Shown: in pieces, positions 18,862 through 26,900 of the stretch
Layout of the letters: each line of letters opens with the position of its first letter
How positions within the stretch are numbered: position 1 is the stretch's first letter
DNA from: Actinomycetota bacterium
GTDB lineage: Bacteria; Actinomycetota; JAHEXW01
Direction: 5' to 3'
Assembly (NCBI GenBank): GCA_025355855.1
Contig: JANXYU010000031.1
Coordinates: 1,530 to 65,529 of the forward strand
Length of the DNA: 64,000 nt
Position numbers and translations under genes: made by a program
Notes under the pieces: model-generated
What the model was told of the DNA's origin: nothing
The model's database searches: none
What the model saw: only the letters and a program-made list of their open reading frames with translations

Positions 18862-20243
18862 TTCGACTCCTCCTTTTTGCCCGCTGGGGCGGGCTTGTCC
18901 GCCGGGGCTTTCTTGGCGTCTTCTTTCGGTTTCTGGCTGATTTCGTCAATCAAAAACTCGACCGTCTTAGCCCGAATTACATCAAGTTTGACCGCGGAGC
19001 GCAGCCGCGTACGATTCGCGGGAGCGTCCGCACCCTCCGTAAAGTAGTTCCCTTCTTCCCCCATCTTCTCGATGTATGTTTTTAGCGTCTCATCCAGCTC
19101 ATCATCGCCAACAACGATCTGTTCTTGTTTGGCAATCGCTTCCAAGACCAGGTCCGATTTGGCGGCCTTGGCGGCGTCGGCGGCTATATTTTTCCGGAAA
19201 TCCTCCATCCTGATATCCTGACTTTCCAGATAGTCGTTCAGGCTGGCGCCGACTTGGCTGAGCTGCCGCACGAAATTCGACAACATCCGGTCGGTATAAT
19301 CGTCGACCATGGTTTGAGGCGCGTCAACTTTTACCGTGTCAGCGACCGCTTCGATGACCTTGCTGCCGAAAATGTCGTCGGCTTGTGATTCCTTGACGCG
19401 CAAGATGTTCTCCTTAACGTCCTTACGGAAACCTTCGACCGATTCGAACCCGACCTTCTTGGCAAATTCCGCATCCAGAGCCGGCATGATCTTAGTCTTC
19501 AGCTCTTTGATCTTGACTTTAAAGGACGCTTTCTTGCCGGCGAGTGCCTCTTCGAAATACTGCTCGGGGATGTCGACCTCGAGTACCCGCTCTTCCCCCG
19601 GCTTCATGCCGATAATCTTGTCCTCGAAACCGGGCCAAAAAGCGCCTGAGCCGATTTCCAGCAGGTAGTCGGTGGCCTGGCCGCCTTCGAGCGGTTTGCT
19701 GTCGACCGTTCCCTCGAAGTCGATCAAAGCGAACAAGCCTTTCTCGGCTTTGTCTTTTAAGGTATCTTTGATCTCGGCAAACCGGTCCCGCAGAGCCTCG
19801 ACCTCGCGGTCGACCTCTTCGTCGGTGACCTCGACCTTGTCCTTTTTAACCTTGATCTTGTTATAGCCGGTCAGATCTATCTGCGGCTTAACCTCCACAG
19901 TAGCTTTAAAGATGAATGGTTTGCCGGACTCGGGACCTTGTTTGACTTCGACCTGAGGCGCCGCGATGGGATCGTATTCCGTCTGGCTGATCGCGAGGCT
20001 GTAGATAGTTCCCAAACCCTCACCGTTTAGGAATTCCTCAGCGATGGCTTCCTTGCCAGCCTTGGCCTCGACAACGGAGCGCGGCGCGCTGCCCTTGCGG
20101 AACCCCGGGATGTTCAACTTCTGCGATATCTGTTTGGCTGCTTCATTGAGCAAATTGTCGACATCGGCCGCCGGCACCTCGATTGTCAAAAGTATCTTGC
20201 TGCCGTCTAGTTTCTTAACGTCAGTTTTCAAAACTACCTCCAC
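18858..20243 (-). CDS. tig: Trigger factor
   Basis: IPGFRKG ribosome-binding motif and an FKBP domain. Upstream of clpP. Confidence 0.97.
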   Translation of the reverse strand: MEVVLKTDVKKLDGSKILLTIEVPAADVDNLLNEAAKQISQKLNIPGFRKGSAPRSVVEAKAGKEAIAEEFLNGEGLGTIYSLAISQTEYDPIAAPQVEVKQGPESGKPFIFKATVEVKPQIDLTGYNKIKVKKDKVEVTDEEVDREVEALRDRFAEIKDTLKDKAEKGLFALIDFEGTVDSKPLEGGQATDYLLEIGSGAFWPGFEDKIIGMKPGEERVLEVDIPEQYFEEALAGKKASFKVKIKELKTKIMPALDAEFAKKVGFESVEGFRKDVKENILRVKESQADDIFGSKVIEAVADTVKVDAPQTMVDDYTDRMLSNFVRQLSQVGASLNDYLESQDIRMEDFRKNIAADAAKAAKSDLVLEAIAKQEQIVVGDDELDETLKTYIEKMGEEGNYFTEGADAPANRTRLRSAVKLDVIRAKTVEFLIDEISQKPKEDAKKAPADKPAPAGKKEESK

Positions 20244-20365
20244 TTAGCTCGGGCGCTACTGCGCCCTTGTAGCGCATGGCAGATGGCCCGCTCACTTCAT
20301 TCTCTCTATTACTAAAACCGAACATGCCTTTGCTCTGTGCTAACTGCTATTAGCTATTCGCTATG

Positions 20366-20433
20366 TCTGGTGCGAGGGAACCTTTCCCCCTTAGGCATCC
20401 CCCTTGCTTGGGGGTTCTGGTTCTGGTGCGAGG
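20366..20433 (-). repeat. 12-bp duplication of the tRNA-Leu 3' end bracketing a 44-bp insert
   Basis: tctggtgcgagg occurs at 20366-20377 and 20422-20433. Confidence 0.65.
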
Positions 20434-20508
20434 AGGGGGACTCGAACCCCCAAGCCTTTCGGCACCAGGTCCTAAACCTGGCGCGTCTGCCAATTCCGCC
20501 ATCCTCGC
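20424..20508 (-). tRNA. tRNA-Leu(TAG)
   Basis: GCGAGGATGGCGGAATTGGCAGAC..., anticodon arm CCAGG-TTTAGGA-CCTGG, long variable arm, GGTTCGA and encoded CCA. Confidence 0.97.
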
Positions 20509-20670
20509 ACGAAAAGATGAAACCGGCCCGACTTCGCCAAACGCTGCCTTCGTTACACTCCGGCTTCCGGGCTACGCCGGACACATTCTTCTTGTCCGAA
20601 TTAATGGCCTGCCATTCGTAGCGGCATTAAGACGGAGCCTTACAAATCATCGCAGTCTAACCGCGAAGAA

Positions 20671-20746
20671 TGGTAGGCCGTACAGGGATCGAACCTGTGA
20701 CCTTGGGATTAAGAGTCCCCTGCTCTACCAGCTGAGCTAACGGCCC
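20671..20746 (-). tRNA. tRNA-Lys(CTT)
   Basis: GGGCCGTTAGCTCAGCTGG..., anticodon loop CTCTTAA, GGTTCGA and CCA. Confidence 0.97.
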
Positions 20747-20781
20747 GTATTATTATGTTTGTACTAATATGTTTGTGCTCT

Positions 20782-20976
20782 GTTGAAGGTTCTTAGTCTG
20801 GTACGCCCGGGAGGACTCGAACCATCCAACCGGCTATTCGCCTCCAGAGGGGCAACCAAGGGTTTCCCCTCTGGTATCTCCCCTTCCTTAACAGAGATTC
20901 AAGGGGGAACTTTCCCCCTTACGAATCCCCCTGGGTTGAAGGTTCTTAGTCTGGTACGCCCGGGAGGACTCGAACC
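20782..20976 (-). repeat. 42-bp direct repeat (tRNA-Arg 3' end plus flank) bracketing a 111-bp insert, att-like
   Basis: gttgaaggttcttagtctggtacgcccgggaggactcgaacc is identical at 20782-20823 and 20935-20976. Confidence 0.9.
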
Positions 20977-21028
20977 TCCAACCCTCGGATTAGAAGTCCG
21001 ATGCTCTATCCAGTTGAGCTACGGGCGC
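20952..21028 (-). tRNA. tRNA-Arg(TCT)
   Basis: GCGCCCGTAGCTCAACTGGATAGAGC, anticodon arm TCGGA-CTTCTAA-TCCGA and CCA. Confidence 0.97.
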
Positions 21029-21100
21029 ATATTAAAGGGTTTCTCACCCTTTCTTTTCCAATTCTAGAACCGACCGACGTTTGTTTGTCGATTCTAGAAT

Positions 21101-21176
21101 TGGGGTGACCGAGGGGACTCGAACCCCCAACCACCGCAGCCACAGTGCGGTGCTCTGCCTTTGAGCTACGATCACC
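21101..21176 (-). tRNA. tRNA-His(GTG)
   Basis: G-1 present, anticodon arm CCGCA-CTGTGGC-TGCGG and CCA. Confidence 0.96.
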
Positions 21177-21193
21177 ATATCAACTTATGAATC

Positions 21194-21268
21194 TGGAGCG
21201 GGAGACGGGATTCGAACCCGCGGCATCCAGCTTGGAAGGCTAGCGCTCTACCACTGAGCTACTCCCGC
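21194..21268 (-). tRNA. tRNA-Gly(TCC)
   Basis: GCGGGAGTAGCTCAGTGG..., anticodon arm CTAGC-CTTCCAA-GCTGG and CCA. Confidence 0.97.
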
Positions 21269-21282
21269 ATGTTTTGAAAGAA

Positions 21283-21360
21283 TGGTCGGGGTGAGAGGAT
21301 TCGAACCTCCGGCCTCGTGCTCCCAAAGCACGCGCGCTAACCAAGCTGCGCCACACCCCG
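21283..21360 (-). tRNA. tRNA-Pro(TGG)
   Basis: CGGGGTGTGGCGCAGCTTGG..., anticodon arm CGTGC-TTTGGGA-GCACG and CCA. Confidence 0.97.
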
Positions 21361-21461
21361 CCTTAAGTTACGCGCCGTTTTCTTCCGTCCATGTCAAAGA
21401 ACACACGACCTAACACTCTAACCTTACTATATTAAAGGAATGGTTGTCCGACCCGCAACTT

Positions 21462-22058
21462 TCAGGACAGACGCTGGGTAATAACCTCGGCCATCTGGCG
21501 CAAAGCCTGGCCCCGGTGACTGATTTTGTTCTTCTCCGCTAGGTCCAACTCGGCCATGGTGCGGTCGTATCCGATAGGTATGAACAGGGGATCATATCCG
21601 AATCCCTTATCACCGGAGGGATGCATAACAATATGGCCGGCGACCAAACCTTCTGTGGCCGTGACGTCGCCATCCGGCTCCGCGAAAGCGATGACGCAGC
21701 TAAAATGGGCCGTGCGCTGCTCGTAGGGCACTTCGGCTAGTTCGGCCAGAAGCTTCTCGTTGTTGCGTTCCGTCGTCGCATCCGGATCGGAGAAACGCGC
21801 GCTCATAACCCCCGGGCGCCCGCCGAGCGCGTCTACTTCCAACCCGGAATCGTCGGCCAGCGCGCTCTTCCCGAAATATCCGGCCAGCGTCGCGGCCTTC
21901 TTACGGGCGTTACCCTCGAACGTCGGCTCCGTTTCCTCGACCTCCGGCCAATCCTCGAAATCGGCCGCCGTCAGCCATTTAACGTCGGCATCGGCAAACG
22001 CGGCTTTGATTTCTTTGATTTTGTTCTCGTTGCCGGTTGCCAGGATGATTTCAGTCAT
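21462..22058 (-). CDS. rdgB: Non-canonical purine NTP pyrophosphatase (RdgB/HAM1)
   Basis: ATGNENK, DDSGLEVDALGGRPGV, GFGYDP and KNKISHRG motifs. Confidence 0.97.
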   Translation of the reverse strand: MTEIILATGNENKIKEIKAAFADADVKWLTAADFEDWPEVEETEPTFEGNARKKAATLAGYFGKSALADDSGLEVDALGGRPGVMSARFSDPDATTERNNEKLLAELAEVPYEQRTAHFSCVIAFAEPDGDVTATEGLVAGHIVMHPSGDKGFGYDPLFIPIGYDRTMAELDLAEKNKISHRGQALRQMAEVITQRLS

Positions 22059-22061
22059 GAT

Positions 22062-22784
22062 TTAAGGCAACTCCAGAGCGCTTTTCTGAAGTTTGATAAG
22101 TTCATTGATGCCGCCGGTTGCCATATCAATCATAGAATCCAAGCCGTCACGGCTAAACGGATATGCTTCAGCCGTTCCCTGTATCTCGATTATCTTGCCC
22201 GACTCGGTCATGACGACGTTCATGTCGACTTCCGCCTTGCTGTCTTCTTCATAGTTCAGGTCGAGACAATACTGGCGTCCGACGATACCCACGCTGGTCG
22301 CGGCCAAAAACTCGGTAATTGGAGGCGTTTTCCAGCCCCGGTCAGGCGCCAGCGTCATCAGCGCGTCATAGAGCGCGACGAAACCGCCGGTAACTGCGGC
22401 CGTCCGTGTGCCGCCATCGGCTTGCAGAACGTCGCAGTCGATCCAGATCGTGACTTCACCTAGCTTGTCCAGGTGAACGACGCTGCGCAGGGCCCGTCCG
22501 ATCAGGCGCTGAATCTCGTGCGTCCGTCCTCCCTGCTTGCCCCTTGATGCTTCCCTAGGACTGCGGGTATGCGTCGAGCGAGGCATCATGCCGTACTCTC
22601 CGGTAATCCAGCCTCTACCCGTGTCGCGCATCCAGCGCGGCACTTTCGTGTCTATGCTCGCGGCGCAAATAACCTTAGTGCGGCCCGATTCATACAAACA
22701 AGAACCTTCCGCGTATTCCAAGAAATGCCTGGTGATCTTGACTTCTCTCAACTCTTTGAAGTCCCGTCCGTCTATTCTTATCAT
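22062..22784 (-). CDS. rph: Ribonuclease PH
   Basis: [24 protein letters not shown] and [10 protein letters not shown] motifs. Confidence 0.98.
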   Translation of the reverse strand: MIRIDGRDFKELREVKITRHFLEYAEGSCLYESGRTKVICAASIDTKVPRWMRDTGRGWITGEYGMMPRSTHTRSPREASRGKQGGRTHEIQRLIGRALRSVVHLDKLGEVTIWIDCDVLQADGGTRTAAVTGGFVALYDALMTLAPDRGWKTPPITEFLAATSVGIVGRQYCLDLNYEEDSKAEVDMNVVMTESGKIIEIQGTAEAYPFSRDGLDSMIDMATGGINELIKLQKSALELP

Positions 22785-22785
22785 A

Positions 22786-23589
22786 TTATTCTCCTAGAAC
22801 GACTTTGTCGACGTTATCGGCGTTTCTGCCGAGGAACAGCGTTATCAGGTCCTGGAATTCTGCCGTATCTCCGCTGACGATGAACCGGTGCGACACGCCC
22901 CCGTTGCCCTGCTTGAGATACCCGCGCCGGATCAGATTCTCTTCGACTTCCGCCGCCGTTTCGGTAGCTGAACTTATTAGTCTCACTTTTGGTCCCATGA
23001 CCTCGCCGATCACGTCCGCCAGCAACGGATAGTGGGTACAACCAAGAATCACAGTGTCGACACCGGCGTTTTTGAGCGGCGTCAGATATTCCTCGGCTTG
23101 CCGCTCGACCGTCGCCCCGGCAACCTCGCCTCGCTGGGCAAACTCGACGAACCTCGGACAGGCTTGGGCCGTCACCTCGATGCCGGCGTCGTAGGCGGCA
23201 ATCGCCCTCTGGTAACTGCCGCTGGCAATGGTGCCTTCCGTTCCGATGACTCCGACGCGGCGATTGACCGTAGCTAGCGCCGCCCCGCGGGCACCCGGCT
23301 CGACGACTCCGATTATGGGAACGTCGAAAGCTTGCTGCGCCTCGGCCAGTCCGGCCGCGGTTCCGGTATTACACGCCAGGATTATGATCTTAACGCCCTG
23401 GTCAATCAGGTACTCAGCAATCTGGAAAACAAACTCTCGGACTTCGGTTAGGTCGCGCGGCCCATACGGAAAGCGTGCCGTATCACCGTAATAAATAATA
23501 TCTTCTTGCGGTAAGTGGTCCAAAACGGCCCGGACGACGGTCAAACCGCCGACCCCCGAATCGAAGATTCCGATCGGCCGGTTATTCAA
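22786..23589 (-). CDS. murI: Glutamate racemase
   Basis: [17 protein letters not shown] and ILGCTHYP motifs. TTG start at 23589 lies behind an AGAGGGGG SD. Confidence 0.97.
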   Translation of the reverse strand: MNNRPIGIFDSGVGGLTVVRAVLDHLPQEDIIYYGDTARFPYGPRDLTEVREFVFQIAEYLIDQGVKIIILACNTGTAAGLAEAQQAFDVPIIGVVEPGARGAALATVNRRVGVIGTEGTIASGSYQRAIAAYDAGIEVTAQACPRFVEFAQRGEVAGATVERQAEEYLTPLKNAGVDTVILGCTHYPLLADVIGEVMGPKVRLISSATETAAEVEENLIRRGYLKQGNGGVSHRFIVSGDTAEFQDLITLFLGRNADNVDKVVLGE

Positions 23590-23783
23590 AACAGAATACC
23601 CCCTCTTGACTAGCAAAGATAATATTATAGCAGATGTGATATACTTTCTTTAGTTGTTTTCCACAAGGTTTGACCCTTTAAGCCTGGTTGTTCATCCCCT
23701 CCTTGAGTGTTTGGACTCTAGCTCTTATTATTCTTCAAGCCTTGCGAGACAATACAATGTCTGTTTTACAAGGAGAAGAGAAT

Positions 23784-25370
23784 ATGAGTTTTACCGACAC
23801 TACCCTGTTGTGCCGCGATTGCGACACATCCTTTACGTTTACCGCGGAGGAACAGGAATCGTACGAAGCCCGCGGGTTCAAGCAACCCGCCCGCTGCCCG
23901 GAATGCCGGGCGAAGAAACGCACGAACCAGCGCCGCGGCGTCGAATCACATCTCAAGAGGGAGACTGTTAGCCCCGTCTTGGCCAACACCCAGATTCGCC
24001 ATCGCGCGCTCCATCCCGAGCACAAGCCTGTAAGCGCTGCGGCAGCGGTTGCCGCAGGTGGATTGGTGTTTGCTGACTTCGAGCTGGACGAGATGCTGCA
24101 GAAGAGCATCGACATGGCCGGCTATGTTACGCCAACCCCGATTCAGGCCAGCGCCATCCCGATACTATTGGACGGCAAAGACATCATCGGAACGGCGCAA
24201 ACCGGCACCGGCAAAACCGCCGCTTTCGCCATCCCGATCATTCAGTATCTGATCGACCATCCCGTAAACCATAAAGCCACACGAGTTTTGATATTAGCGC
24301 CAACACGCGAGCTAGCCGAACAGATTCATGAGGCGTTCCAGGTGTTGTGCCGGTTTACGGATGTCCGGTCGGCAACCGTCTACGGCGGCGTCGGCTTTAA
24401 CCCGCAGGAAAAGGCGTTGCGCGACGGCACGGAGATTATCGTGGCCTGTCCGGGACGACTATTAGATCATATGACTCGCGCGACGGGCGATGTCTCGCGT
24501 GTCGAGATCACGGTCTTAGACGAGGCGGACCGCATGCTCGACATGGGCTTCATCCCCGACGTCACACGCATCCTCGGCGAGATGCCGAAGGAACGGCAGA
24601 CGATGCTGTTCTCGGCTACCTTCCCGACCGGTTTAAAGCCGTTGACGGGCGCCTTGAAAAATCCGGAACGCGTATCGGTCGACTTGATCGCACCGGCTAA
24701 GACCGTTTCACACGCCTTATACCCTTGCGACCACCATCTGAAGACATCGCTCTTGGTGCACCTGCTGCGTGAGACTGATACGGCGTCGATCCTTGTCTTT
24801 ACCCGGACCAAACACCGCGCCAACAAGGTCGCGACCCAAATGGCCAAGACGGGCTACAAGACCGGCGTCCTGCACTCCAACAAAAGCCAAACACAGCGCC
24901 AAGAGGCCTTGAAAGACTTCAAGTCAGGCCGCATCCAGTTGCTGGTAGCGACAGATATCGCCGCTCGCGGCCTGGACATCGCGACAGTATCGCACGTCAT
25001 CAACTACGACATTCCCGACGGCGCCGACTCCTACATCCACCGTATCGGCCGGACCGGCCGGGCGGAACGCGAAGGCGACGCCATTACGTTGGTTACCAGA
25101 GAAGACAAAGCGACCGTTAGAGAAATCGAGGCGGCTTTGGGCTCTCCCATAGAACGGAAGACGCTGGAAGATTTCGACTACAACAAGCCCGCGCCGGAAG
25201 GCATGGGTTCCGTTGGCGGAGGCGGCGCCAACCGCCGCTCCGGCGGAGGCTCCGGAAGACCTGGCGGCCGAACCGGCGGTTCCGGCCGGCCCGGCGGCTC
25301 GAGTGGTTCCGGCCGGCCCGGCGGCTCCGGCGGCAACCGCCCTTCCCGACCGGCGGCCCGTTACCGCTAG
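23784..25370 (+). CDS. DEAD-box RNA helicase (RhlE/CshA-like) with an N-terminal zinc-ribbon domain and a Gly/Arg-rich tail
   Basis: ATG at 23784 follows AAGGAG. CRDC..CPEC zinc ribbon, then TPTPIQ, AQTGTGKT, PTRELA, LDEADRMLDMGF, SAT and HRIGRTGR. Confidence 0.95.
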   Translation: MSFTDTTLLCRDCDTSFTFTAEEQESYEARGFKQPARCPECRAKKRTNQRRGVESHLKRETVSPVLANTQIRHRALHPEHKPVSAAAAVAAGGLVFADFELDEMLQKSIDMAGYVTPTPIQASAIPILLDGKDIIGTAQTGTGKTAAFAIPIIQYLIDHPVNHKATRVLILAPTRELAEQIHEAFQVLCRFTDVRSATVYGGVGFNPQEKALRDGTEIIVACPGRLLDHMTRATGDVSRVEITVLDEADRMLDMGFIPDVTRILGEMPKERQTMLFSATFPTGLKPLTGALKNPERVSVDLIAPAKTVSHALYPCDHHLKTSLLVHLLRETDTASILVFTRTKHRANKVATQMAKTGYKTGVLHSNKSQTQRQEALKDFKSGRIQLLVATDIAARGLDIATVSHVINYDIPDGADSYIHRIGRTGRAEREGDAITLVTREDKATVREIEAALGSPIERKTLEDFDYNKPAPEGMGSVGGGGANRRSGGGSGRPGGRTGGSGRPGGSSGSGRPGGSGGNRPSRPAARYR

Positions 25371-25406
25371 TCAACATTAATATTATTGAATGATCTTTTT
25401 GAATGT

Positions 25407-25442
25407 AAAAGACCCGAGGACGAATCCTCGGGTCTTTTTTTA
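25407..25442. terminator. Intrinsic terminator, probably bidirectional
   Basis: AAAA-GACCCGAGGA-CGAA-TCCTCGGGTC-T-run after the helicase stop. Confidence 0.9.
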
Positions 25443-25525
25443 AACACGCTTCCGCATTTACTGATGCCCGTAATGCAAACCCTGACTTCCTGTCCATACC
25501 ATAAATCGCAAACGTCTAATGTCTA

Positions 25526-25545
25526 TTGTCCAATTAATTGGACAA
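25526..25545. promoter_or_regulatory. Perfect 20-bp palindrome, candidate operator
   Basis: TTGTCCAATT|AATTGGACAA lies 66 bp upstream of the TrpR-like gene. A 16/20 copy is at 26101-26120. Confidence 0.6.
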
Positions 25546-25611
25546 AAGGTTTTAAGATATTTGGTTATACTGTATTGCTAATCATTATTATCTATGCAAT
25601 ATTGGTTTTAG

Positions 25612-26088
25612 ATGTCGAACACAAAGAATCATGCGCATCTTTCTGACCAAAAGATGCTGACAATTGTCATCGGTTTATGTGTCGGAATTGCCAAAGCGAA
25701 AACCGCTTACGACGCGGCTGAACTAATGACCGCCATTCTCACTCCGCAGGAGACTCGCACAATCGCAATCCGCCTCAAGATCAGAGAGATGCTCAAAAAG
25801 GGCTGTGGTTACGACCACATCAAGTCCGACCTGTCTGTCTCCACAGGAACAATCTCGCGCGTAAAGCTTACGATGGAACAAATGGATCGACGTCCAAAGC
25901 ATACCGAAGGAAAACCAGACGTAAGCGGGATATTGAGAAACGATCAATCCAGCGATTCGGGTTCAGGCAACGCACGCGTCAAACCGTCTCATAAACACGT
26001 CCCCTATGAGGAAGGCATGTGGCCGATCGAGCTCCTCGGTAACTTGTTCCGCGCTGTTTTCGCCAAAGATCATCACTCCGGAAAATAG
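25612..26088 (+). CDS. TrpR-like (YerC/YecD family) helix-turn-helix protein
   Basis: ILTPQETRTIAIRLKIREMLKKGCGYDHIKSDLSVSTGTISRV matches the TrpR/YerC pattern. Confidence 0.8.
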   Translation: MSNTKNHAHLSDQKMLTIVIGLCVGIAKAKTAYDAAELMTAILTPQETRTIAIRLKIREMLKKGCGYDHIKSDLSVSTGTISRVKLTMEQMDRRPKHTEGKPDVSGILRNDQSSDSGSGNARVKPSHKHVPYEEGMWPIELLGNLFRAVFAKDHHSGK

Positions 26089-26100
26089 ATATAAAGCCTA

Positions 26101-26120
26101 TTATCCAATTAATTAAATAA
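26101..26120. promoter_or_regulatory. Degenerate second copy of the candidate operator
   Basis: TTATCCAATTAATTAAATAA is 16/20 identical to 25526-25545. Confidence 0.45.
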
Positions 26121-26229
26121 TAGGCTTTGCTGAGGTGCCATATATATTATGGGGTCGCTGTATCGGACCAGGGAGATGGACACTCAGACAACAACCCTTG
26201 CGCGTCCAAGCTATACTTGGAAAATGCCA

Positions 26230-26609
26230 ATGGATACCAGAAACGACAACTATAAAACGATACACGAATACATCGCGCTTTTCCCGGAGGACGTTCGGGT
26301 GATTCTGGAGAAGGTGCGGCAGACGATAAAGCGGGCAGCGCCGGAGGCGGTAGAGGCCATTGCCTACCAGATGCCTACCTTTAAGCTCAACAGCAAGAAT
26401 CTGGTGCATTTGCCGGCTGGAAGAACCATATAGGCTTCTACCCGACGCCGTCGGGAACCGAGAACTTCCAAAAGGAGTTGTCGCCGTACAGGGCGGCTAA
26501 GGGTTCGGTGCAATTCCCCCTGGACCGGCCGATTCCCTACGACTTGATAAAGAAGATTACTTTGTTCCGCGGGCGGGAGATTCAAGAAAAGAAAGCTGGG
26601 AAATACTAG
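26230..26609 (+). pseudogene. DUF1801/YdhG-like protein with a 1-nt frameshift
   Basis: Reads TIHEYIALFP..VRQTIKRAAPEAVEAIAYQMPTF..LVH, then shifts near 26410. Restoring one T gives FAGWKNHIGFYPTPSG..KGSVQFPLDRPIPYDLIKKI up to TAG at 26607-26609. Confidence 0.85.
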
Positions 26610-26627
26610 AGGACCTTGCATACTGCC

Positions 26628-26816
26628 CTATGTTCTAGAGACTGTGATGGCGTCCGCCGGACACCGTTTCTGGCATCAACCGCCGCCGCTGCAGGCATAG
26701 GGGTCTTCAACTCTAGCCACATCGTCCATGACCTCGATCATATTGTTCGGGCAAACCTCGGCACATTTGCCGCAGCCTTCGCATTTAGCGGAGTCGATTT
26801 CCACATAGAAGCCCAT
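26628..26816 (-). CDS. 2x[4Fe-4S]-type ferredoxin with an in-frame TGA at codon 47 (selenoprotein candidate or pseudogene); absent from the ORF track
   Basis: GGAGG SD and ATG at 26816. Translation: MGFYVEIDSAKCEGCGKCAEVCPNN...ACSGGG*CQKRCPADAITVSRT-stop. Confidence 0.8.
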
Positions 26817-26900
26817 TAACAAATCCTCCCATCTCATAATCAACTTCATACAGTATATTAACGCCTGTTTATATTCTATCAGATAAGCGTGTCGGTGTGG

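Noticed and set aside
20782-20823. Second tRNA-Arg gene (and ORF 20783-21067)
   Set aside because: Only the 3' 25 nt of the tRNA are present, with no D arm or anticodon arm. The ORF overlaps the real tRNA in antisense.
21061-21100. Inverted repeat ATTCTAGAACCGAC/GTCGATTCTAGAAT between tRNA-His and tRNA-Arg
   Set aside because: It is a single hairpin in a tRNA operon spacer, most simply a processing or pausing structure. I saw no other copy.
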